Part shown: piece after piece, positions 25,961 through 32,000 of the stretch
How the letters are laid out: the number at the start of each line of letters is the position of its first letter
Numbering within the stretch: the stretch's first letter is position 1
Assembly: GCA_963666345.1 (NCBI GenBank)
Contig: OY762721.1
Coordinates: 3,661,258-3,693,257, forward strand
Length of the DNA stretch: 32,000 nucleotides
Reading direction: 5' to 3'
Source: Desulfatiglandales bacterium
GTDB lineage: Bacteria > Desulfobacterota > DSM-4660 > Desulfatiglandales > Desulfatiglandaceae
Position numbers and translations under genes: made by a program
Notes under the pieces: model-generated
Databases searched by the model: none
Seen by the model: the letters and a program-made list of their open reading frames with translations, nothing else
What the model was told of the DNA's origin: nothing

Positions 25961-26000
25961 TGCACATTTTTTTGTGCATGAGTGCACATGATTATGTGCA
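25961..26000. promoter_or_regulatory. Two 18-bp dyads TGCACA-N6-TGTGCA (25961-25978, 25983-26000), centres 22 bp apart
   Basis: Read directly, about 100 bp upstream of the antitoxin gene. Confidence 0.6.
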
Positions 26001-26062
26001 AAAATCTCTGATAGTGGTGGTTACTCCCTGAAATGATATTGAAAAATGATTCAGGGCATGAT

Positions 26063-26085
26063 AGACTAGTCTGAAACTAGTCTGA
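26063..26085. promoter_or_regulatory. Candidate toxin-antitoxin operator: AGACTAGTCT palindrome, with ACTAGTCTGA repeated at 11-bp period
   Basis: ACTAGTCTGA at 26065-26074 and 26076-26085, overlapping the RBS (GAGGAG) of the antitoxin gene. Type II antitoxins commonly autoregulate through such sites. Confidence 0.45.
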
Positions 26086-26095
26086 GGAGTGAACC

Positions 26096-26335
26096 ATGGA
26101 AAAAGTAGGAGCATATGAGGCCAAGACGCACCTGCCCAAGTTGCTTGAACGGGTGATGAAAGGGGAACGCATCACAATCACAAAACATGGTATCCCTGTC
26201 GCGGTACTCCAGTCGCCTGATCCTGAAAAAATGGTGAATACCGAATCGGTTATCGCCGAAATCCGTGAATTGCGGGACATGCATCGGCTTGACGGCGTCT
26301 CAATCCGTGAGATGATTGATGAAGGAAGAAGATGA
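26096..26335 (+). CDS. Type II antitoxin, Phd/YefM-like
   Basis: 79 aa. MEKVGAYEAKTHLPKLLERVMKGERITITKHGIPVAVL is a typical Phd/YefM-type N-terminal fold. It overlaps the toxin gene by 4 nt (ATGA). Confidence 0.8.
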   Translation: MEKVGAYEAKTHLPKLLERVMKGERITITKHGIPVAVLQSPDPEKMVNTESVIAEIRELRDMHRLDGVSIREMIDEGRR

Positions 26336-26754
26336 TAATGGGCTCCTTTGTGGTGGATAATTCAATTGTGATGTCATGGTGTTTTAAAGATGAGGCAAAT
26401 CAATATGCCGATGCGGTGCTGGATTTTCTTTCCGAGGCAACCGCCTTTGTCCCGTCGATCTGGCCGTTTGAAGTAGTAAATGTATTGCTGGTGGCGGAGC
26501 GTCGAAAACGCCTCAGCGAAGCGGACAGCGTCCGGTTTATGACACTGTTGTCGCATCTGCCGATAGTTGTGGAATATGAACGTCCGGAAAGGACGATGAA
26601 GGATCTCCTGGCACTTGCAAGATCCAATAACCTTTCAAGCTATGACGCCTCCTATCTCGATCTTTCCATGAGAAAGGGCATTCCCATTGCCACATCGGAC
26701 AGACGGCTGATAGAGGCCTCAAAAAGGATCGATGTCCCGATTCTTGAAATTTGA
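26332..26754 (+). CDS. vapC: Type II toxin, VapC (PIN domain) ribonuclease
   Basis: 140 aa. N-terminal FVVDNS acidic residue, central E (WPFEV), C-terminal ATSDRRL. PIN-domain spacing. Coupled to the upstream antitoxin. Confidence 0.8.
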   Translation: MIMGSFVVDNSIVMSWCFKDEANQYADAVLDFLSEATAFVPSIWPFEVVNVLLVAERRKRLSEADSVRFMTLLSHLPIVVEYERPERTMKDLLALARSNNLSSYDASYLDLSMRKGIPIATSDRRLIEASKRIDVPILEI

Positions 26755-26823
26755 AATCTCTCTTCGATACCCATGTTTCAACTCTGTGATATTCAAAGTG
26801 AATTCAGGCCTTTGGTAAGCTAA

Positions 26824-26904
26824 TGCATGTTTTTTTTGTGCTCGGATAATTTTATGCACATAAAACTGTGCATCCTTGCTTCTCATTGCACATGTTTATG
26901 TGCA
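26824..26904. promoter_or_regulatory. Array of three dyads: degenerate TGCATG-N7-TGTGCT (26824-26842), then TGCACA-N6-TGTGCA at 26855-26872 and 26887-26904
   Basis: Read directly. Centre spacing is about 30.5 and 32 bp. The array is 157 bp upstream of the 27061 gene. Confidence 0.6.
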
Positions 26905-27060
26905 TTTAGTAAAATTAACTATATGGTGCATCTTTTTATGATTCCAGTATCGGTTACGCTTTTATGGATGCGCAAAAAAAATAGTTTCTACTGTCAAATC
27001 TCTGATATTTTTGCTAAAAATCAGAGCATCATTTATGAGTTTCAATGTCAGTGAGGTAAA

Positions 27061-27942
27061 ATGAAAACTTCAGAATCCCTGCTCATAGGAGCATTCGATA
27101 TCCACATACATGCGGGACCCGACATAGTTCCCAGGAAAATGGATGCTGTCGATCTGGTCTCAGAGGCCAGGGATGTCGGAATGGCCGGAATTCTCATAAA
27201 AGATCATGTTAAACCTACTTCTGATCGGGCATATATGTTGAGTCGTTTATTTCCGGACATTCAGGTCTTTGGAGCCCTTGCTCTCAACTATACGGTGGGT
27301 GGGATAAACCTCCATGCGGTACGTGCGGCCGTTCGTAGCGATGTCAAGCAAATCTACATGCCTACCTTCTCTGCTGCCCATGATATAAGGCAGGGGGGAG
27401 GTGTCAGGGAGTCATACAGAGATCTTGTCCCGCAAAATGAAGATGTTGGAATTAAAATCGTGGATAATGAGGGAAACTTTATGAGAGCTTTGAATGAAAT
27501 CCTGAAAACTGTTGCCGAAAGTGACACGATTCTGGGGACCGGTCATATTTCCCCTCATGAATCTTTAGGTTTAATAAAAAGAGCCAGGGCGCTTGGTGTC
27601 GATAAAATACTGGTAACTCACCCTATGAGTCACTCGGTTGACATGCCTTTGAAAGACCAGAAAGAGGCTGTCTCAATGGGTGCAATCATAGAACACTGTT
27701 ATTTTGCCTGCACACCGCTTGCGTGCAGCGAACCTTTAGAGGCTCTAAGAAAGATGGCTGCACAAATCCAAGCGGTTGGACCTGGAAATTGTATTATGTC
27801 CACCGATTTGGGCCAATCCCAAAACATTTCTCCTGTTGAGGGCATGAAGGAATTCATTGAGAAAATGCTCTCTTGCGGTATCTCAGAAGAACAAATTGAT
27901 ATAATGATAAGGAAAAATCCGAAAAAGATCCTTGGGCTGTAA
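27061..27942 (+). CDS. Amidohydrolase-superfamily (TIM-barrel metal-dependent hydrolase)-like protein
   Basis: 293 aa. N-terminal FDIHIHAGPD (HxH metal motif), later GHISPHE and VTHP. GAGG RBS. Specific function unknown. Confidence 0.55.
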   Translation: MKTSESLLIGAFDIHIHAGPDIVPRKMDAVDLVSEARDVGMAGILIKDHVKPTSDRAYMLSRLFPDIQVFGALALNYTVGGINLHAVRAAVRSDVKQIYMPTFSAAHDIRQGGGVRESYRDLVPQNEDVGIKIVDNEGNFMRALNEILKTVAESDTILGTGHISPHESLGLIKRARALGVDKILVTHPMSHSVDMPLKDQKEAVSMGAIIEHCYFACTPLACSEPLEALRKMAAQIQAVGPGNCIMSTDLGQSQNISPVEGMKEFIEKMLSCGISEEQIDIMIRKNPKKILGL

Positions 27943-28042
27943 ACGTCATTGAACGGGTTATTCCCTTAAAAGTCTTTATTGAAACGACAGACATACCCGG
28001 CGAATTAACCAATTGACAAATAATCAGGGGAGATATCAGCAA

Positions 28043-29005
28043 ATGTATGAACTCGAATTAATAGAATCGGCAGAAAAACTGGTAAGGGAAGTAATAAGGG
28101 TAAAAAAGGAAGACAGCGTGCTTGTGGTTACTGACGCTGATAAATTGAACGTTGCCAAGGCGCTTTCGCTCTCCTGCCGGGGACTTGGCTCTGAAACAGT
28201 CATCACAATTGTTCCCTTAACAGGTGAACACGGCCAGGAACCTCCGGCAACAGTTGCAGCAGCTATGAAGGCTGCCGATGTGGTATTTGCTCCTACAACC
28301 CATGCCCTTACACATACCCGGGCGAGACTGGATGCCTTTAAAGCCGGGGCCCGCGTAATAATACTGAGAGGCGTGACCGAAGACATGATGGTAAGAGGGG
28401 CGATGACCGTAGATTTTAATGAACTTAAGGAAAGGACCGGGACCATTTCAGAAAAACTTGGTAAGGCGAACAATATTTCAGTGACTTCCCATGAGGGTAC
28501 AAATGTCACTTTCAGTATTGCAGGCCGTAATGCCTTTTCGCTTGACGGTTTTTTTCATGAAGAATACGGATTTGCCACACTGCCGCCGGGAGAGGCGCCG
28601 ACCTGTCCGGTGGAAGGAACAATGGAAGGGACATTGGTTTTTGATTATTCCATGGATGGCATCGGAAAACTGAGCCAGCCCCTTAGGCTTGAAATCAGAC
28701 AGGGTGAAGTCGTTTCTGTTTCAGGCGGAATAGAAGAGGTAAGCTTTCTTGAGCAGATATTTGAAAAAGACCCGACAGCGCGAAATATAGCTGAATTTGC
28801 CGTCGGAACAAATCCCAACGCGCGACTTATCGGGAATCTTGCGGAAGACAAAAAACTGGCCGGTACGGTCCACTTTGCCGTAGGGGACAATAAGTCTCTT
28901 GGGGGAGTTGTTGAAAGCAGTGTGCATCTCGACGGACTGATGCTAAAGCCGACCGTTATTGCAGATTATGCCACCCTGGTCAGCGAAGGCAAGTTGGTTT
29001 TATAA
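28043..29005 (+). CDS. Aminopeptidase T / M29-like family protein
   Basis: About 320 aa. The fold-level resemblance (AmpS/aminopeptidase-T-like; EFAVGTNP, VHLDG motifs) is from memory. Start set at ATG 28043 (GGGGAG upstream) rather than TTG 28013. Confidence 0.5.
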   Translation: MYELELIESAEKLVREVIRVKKEDSVLVVTDADKLNVAKALSLSCRGLGSETVITIVPLTGEHGQEPPATVAAAMKAADVVFAPTTHALTHTRARLDAFKAGARVIILRGVTEDMMVRGAMTVDFNELKERTGTISEKLGKANNISVTSHEGTNVTFSIAGRNAFSLDGFFHEEYGFATLPPGEAPTCPVEGTMEGTLVFDYSMDGIGKLSQPLRLEIRQGEVVSVSGGIEEVSFLEQIFEKDPTARNIAEFAVGTNPNARLIGNLAEDKKLAGTVHFAVGDNKSLGGVVESSVHLDGLMLKPTVIADYATLVSEGKLVL

Positions 29006-29224
29006 ATACAGGGTCTTGAGTGGAGCAGATGATTAAAAGCGGTATAAGTCCTAGTCATAACTATTAAAAACAAGTACTCAAAACGCTCCAAAATTTCAGG
29101 GAAAAAACCTAGTGAAATTTTAAGATATTTTTCCATTGATCTGAATGCCTCTGGAGTTGCCCGACTCCAAGTCTCTGCAAAATCTTATAATAGTCGTTAG
29201 CTAGGCTAGAATATCCTTTTCCGC

Positions 29225-29252
29225 TTGACATGCCGCCTTTTTCTTCTATCGT
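29225..29252 (+). promoter_or_regulatory. Candidate sigma70-type promoter (TTGACA-16 nt-TATCGT) upstream of the MgtC-family gene
   Basis: Perfect -35 hexamer at 29225-29230 and a weak -10 at 29247-29252. This would give a leader of about 120 nt. Confidence 0.3.
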
Positions 29253-29379
29253 ATTAGCCGTCTTTTCATAAGGTTATTGGGGAAATGGGGACCTGAGGTA
29301 ATTCCTTGCGTCTGCTTCGGCAGCATACAGGCGGGGCGACCGCTTACACAAACAGATGTCATTTTTCAGGAGATTTCCA

Positions 29380-30075
29380 ATGTCAGTATTTTTTACCGAT
29401 TACAGCGAGTTTCTGATCAGGATACTTATAGCATCGTTGCTGGGCGGATTGATCGGTCTGGAAAGAGATATTCACGGACGCGCGGCCGGTCTCAGGACTC
29501 ATCTGCTGGTCAGCCTGGGAGCGGCGGTTTTTACGATCCTGTCCGGGGTCATTGCCGGCAGTGTCGGACCATCGGGGTTTCAAGGCGACCCGGGTCGGAT
29601 CGCGGCTCAGGTCGTGACAGGCATCGGGTTTTTGGGAGCCGGTGTGATTATAAAGGAAGGCATCAATGTCCGCGGTTTGACGACCGCCGCGTGCCTGTGG
29701 ACAGTGGCTGCAATCGGAATGGCGGCCGGAAGCGGTTGTTACCTGCTTGCCGTTTCTACTACCGGTATTGCCTTAATCGGCCTTGTAATCATTAAATATT
29801 TCGAGAGCTTGTACTCCAAGGATTCTTACAGAATCTTGTGTATCAGCACTCCGATCGAAGTTAATACCTCCCGGATAATAGATATCGTCAAGAGCAGCAG
29901 GTTAAGGGTCCTTACCTGTGACATAGAGAAAAACTATGAAACCGGCATTTCCCTTACGAGATTGTACATCCGGCTCTTTCACCGCGGCATTACAGACAAG
30001 CTTGCTCACGGCGTTATCAGTTCGCTTGAGAGTTCTTCCCTCAAGCTTAAAGAGGTTAAATGGGAGCACGCATAG
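29380..30075 (+). CDS. mgtC: MgtC/SapB-family membrane protein
   Basis: LLGGLIGLERDIHGRAAGLRTHLLVSLGAAVF and GIGFLGAGVI are hallmark MgtC motifs. A soluble C-terminal domain follows. Start set at ATG 29380 (AGGAG 7 nt upstream). Confidence 0.85.
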   Translation: MSVFFTDYSEFLIRILIASLLGGLIGLERDIHGRAAGLRTHLLVSLGAAVFTILSGVIAGSVGPSGFQGDPGRIAAQVVTGIGFLGAGVIIKEGINVRGLTTAACLWTVAAIGMAAGSGCYLLAVSTTGIALIGLVIIKYFESLYSKDSYRILCISTPIEVNTSRIIDIVKSSRLRVLTCDIEKNYETGISLTRLYIRLFHRGITDKLAHGVISSLESSSLKLKEVKWEHA

Positions 30076-30106
30076 AAGCAGGCCTGCTACGGCTCCGATA
30101 TATTTA

Positions 30107-30186
30107 TGCACATAAAAATGTGCACGGATAATTTTATGCACATGTTTTTGTGCATCCTTGTTTCACAATGCACATGTTTATGTGCA
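30107..30186. promoter_or_regulatory. Array of three perfect dyads TGCACA-N6-TGTGCA (30107-30124, 30137-30154, 30169-30186)
   Basis: Read directly. Centres are 30 and 32 bp apart. The array is followed by a TTGACA hexamer at 30231-30236. Confidence 0.6.
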
Positions 30187-30868
30187 TTCAATAAAAAATT
30201 GCAATAAATCGGCTAAAAACATGTTTTCTTCTTGACATAACCTGTCATTCCACTAACCTACCTTTCGTACCATTGCTTCAAACAGCCTTTTTATTAAAAA
30301 AGGGCCCTGACCATGACGCTTCACCTGAAATTTTGCCTATCCCCCTCCTGACGGAAGATTTCTTTTCTGCCGGGGGGTGCTTGAAAGAATCAAATATATT
30401 TTTAGAAGCTTATTTTTCGGCTCACTCGAAAAGCGGCAGGCTTTTGACTGGTAGAGTTTCAGACTGTTTGTTGAGGGTGCTTCTTTTGATTCATCTGGAG
30501 CATTTGAAGCATGCGCTAGGGAGTAAAGAGCCCCTTGGACGAGTTGTGAAGGTGAAACAATGGTCTCTTATATATAAACCATATATCACTCCTCGCTAAG
30601 GGTTGAAAACTGCTTAATTGCTTGTAATGATAAGGTTTATGCCAGTTCAGAGAAGGGATATTATGACGCGATTTTGCAGCATATAGGGTTAGGGGTCGAG
30701 CCGCGGTAACGTAATGAAATAACTTGGAAAGAATACTAAAAAGGGTCAAGAATATTGAAAAGGGCGGTATATGACTCAATAACAGGTATTTTTGGAATGA
30801 TTCTTATCCACGATCAATAGATTGTTGAGGTCCAACCGCAAGACAAACGTAGGGTCGAGGTCGAGACT

Positions 30869-31198
30869 ATGCTGATTAACGTGGAATTCTTACAGAATGA
30901 GTTAGTGAAGCCCTTCTTTGAAGTCAAAATGGTCTTCAATGAGAATGGTGCCATATTCTTCTCTGTGGACAAACATCACAGAGACATGAAAGGTCCGGGT
31001 ATCTCTTACGAAGACGATTACAAGGGCAATGCCCTGGCTGCAATGCTGGCTTTTGGGAAAGTTGAAATACGGTTTCATGGATCGTTCTCTGATGTCCGCG
31101 TCGCCTCCATTGTTTCATCCCTCATTAAAAATGAAGGTCTTATCTTTCTCGATGGCTGGCAGGTAACCTATCAAGGCAGGGTTCTTAAAATCGAATAA
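30869..31198 (+). CDS. Hypothetical protein
   Basis: 109-aa ORF with GAGG about 8 nt upstream. No recognisable motif. Confidence 0.35.
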   Translation: MLINVEFLQNELVKPFFEVKMVFNENGAIFFSVDKHHRDMKGPGISYEDDYKGNALAAMLAFGKVEIRFHGSFSDVRVASIVSSLIKNEGLIFLDGWQVTYQGRVLKIE

Positions 31199-31245
31199 CT
31201 GTGGATTGTACATATAGACATTCTGCCGAAGGTAATGAGCCGAAG

Positions 31246-31470
31246 CTACCGTGGTGAAGGTCTCCTCAGGGAGAAACGGGAAACCATCGGATCAAAATCG
31301 CGATCATCATGGAGCAGGGGCAATCCTTCCATGATGCAGAAGGTTCCGATAATTACATCAATTGGTTTTCGAACCGTAACCGCGGATTTTCGGAGTGCCC
31401 GGTAATTTTGGGCACTTTGAATAGCGATATTATATCCACCGATCTGGCGAAACGGGAGAGCGCTGAGCAA
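31246..31470 (-). pseudogene. PIN-domain (VapC-like) toxin remnant, C-terminal half only
   Basis: IIGTFCIMEGLPLLHDDRDFDP is a typical PIN C-terminal motif. The frame upstream of the TTG start stays open for only 16 more codons before a stop, so the N-terminal catalytic Asp region is absent. No antitoxin gene is adjacent. Confidence 0.5.
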
Positions 31471-31616
31471 GCCCCTGGCAGTTTTATAATGGGTCTGGGG
31501 TCGGACCGAGATAACTAGCTAAAATAACATCTAAAAGCTTGGAAATTAAGTGTTTTTCAATGCTCAAACCATCAATTTTGATGCCAAAATTGGCTGATTA
31601 AGCAAATGGTAATAAT

Positions 31617-32000
31617 ATGCCAAGGGCAAATCGTCATTATATACCTGGATATGTATGGCATATAACCCATAGGTGCCACAAGAAAGAGTTTCTCCTTAAG
31701 TTTGCCCGGGACCGTCGGCGTTGGATAGAGTGGCTCTTCGAAGCGAAAAAGAGATATGGTTTAAGCATTCTCAACTACATGGTTACATCAAACCATATTC
31801 ATTTGTTGGTCTCAGACAGTGGTAAAAGGGACACAATACCTAAATCAATTCAACTGATAGCCGGTAGAACAGGTCAGGAATATAATCACAGGAAGGGAAG
31901 GAAGGGTGCCTTTTGGGAAGACCGTTATCATGCCACTGCAGTTGCGTTGGATGAACATCTGTTCAAATGCATGGTATACATTGATATGAATATGGTAAGG
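31617..32000 (+). CDS. IS200/IS605-type Y1 HUH transposase or REP-associated tyrosine transposase (RayT)-like protein, 3' end outside window
   Basis: Not in the ORF track because there is no stop in the window. My translation gives MPRANRHYIPGYVWHITHRCHKKEFLLKF...LNYMVTSNHIHLLVSDSG...GAFWEDRYHATAV. The HIH(LL) HUH motif and FWEDRYH are hallmark features of this family. Confidence 0.75.
   Translation, partial: MPRANRHYIPGYVWHITHRCHKKEFLLKFARDRRRWIEWLFEAKKRYGLSILNYMVTSNHIHLLVSDSGKRDTIPKSIQLIAGRTGQEYNHRKGRKGAFWEDRYHATAVALDEHLFKCMVYIDMNMVR

Noticed and set aside
25628-27054. Short ORFs across the AT-rich intergenic regions (25628..25813, 25789..26001, 26827..27054)
   Set aside because: They are built from the palindromic dyads and A/T runs, give Cys/Phe/Ile-rich products and have no RBS. 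I interpret these regions as regulatory DNA instead.
26905-27060. Sigma-54 (-24 GG / -12 GC) promoter downstream of the dyad arrays, as expected if the dyads were enhancer-binding-protein sites
   Set aside because: I checked every GG in 26905-27060, in the region after 26000, and on the minus strand at 25532-25640. None has GC at the required 10-nt spacing. The bEBP/UAS interpretation is therefore unsupported, though not excluded.
29253-29379. Mg2+ riboswitch (M-box) or other leader upstream of the MgtC-family gene
   Set aside because: I could find only a short CTGC-TTCG-GCAG hairpin and a vague CCUGAGGUAA resemblance. The roughly 125-nt leader is shorter than an M-box, and I cannot match the conserved core from memory. 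This needs an Rfam scan.
29277-29795. 172-aa plus-strand ORF overlapping the MgtC-family gene in another frame
   Set aside because: The MgtC frame has hallmark motifs. The alternative frame gives an Arg/Gly-rich nonsense-like product.
30804-30812. DnaA-box-like TTATCCACG, suggesting a replication origin
   Set aside because: It is a single near-consensus 9-mer with no cluster of boxes and no adjacent AT-rich unwinding repeats. A chance occurrence is likely.

Overview
The window falls into three compositional blocks. GC was hand-counted on a few 60-nt lines only, not computed. (1) nt 1-7300 is AT-rich (about 40% GC) and carries a plus-strand catabolic or transport operon: a HisD-family dehydrogenase (5' partial), TctC/TctB/TctA tripartite tricarboxylate transporter, a sulfatase-family protein with Thr at the formylglycine position, an SDR and a 3-hydroxyacyl-CoA dehydrogenase. 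(2) nt 7600-25550 is GC-rich (about 55-60%). It holds a nitrilase and an anaerobic-aromatic-type island. The island contains PEP-synthase-like split kinase genes resembling phenylphosphate synthase alpha and beta, a UbiD-family (de)carboxylase, an aryl-CoA-ligase-like AMP-binding enzyme, UbiX and a small possibly LpdD-like protein. Its accessory genes are unusual: an LMW-PTP-like aryl-phosphatase homologue and two divergent UPF0261/Tm-1-like ATP-binding paralogs. It also has a LysR regulator and a single-domain response regulator. The synthase and regulator half (7.1 kb) is bracketed by about 250-bp inverted repeats derived from four-helix-bundle (23S rRNA IVS-type) gene cassettes; one copy is full length with an in-frame TAA, the other is 5'-truncated. 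A convergent minus-strand cluster follows, with a PLA2-like (CCxxHDxCY) protein, a 6-TM protein, a coiled-coil exported protein and a small acidic protein. (3) nt 25550-32000 is AT-rich accessory DNA: a Phd/YefM-VapC toxin-antitoxin pair, an amidohydrolase-like gene, an M29-like aminopeptidase gene, an MgtC-family gene, a PIN-domain remnant and a 3'-partial IS200/RayT-like HUH transposase. All intergenic regions of this block carry arrays of an 18-bp dyad, TGCACA-N6-TGTGCA (8 good copies plus 1 degenerate). No regulator that clearly reads this dyad is encoded in the window. I saw no rRNA, tRNA or CRISPR array. Taxon cannot be assigned without a search; the gene content fits an anaerobic aromatic-compound degrader.
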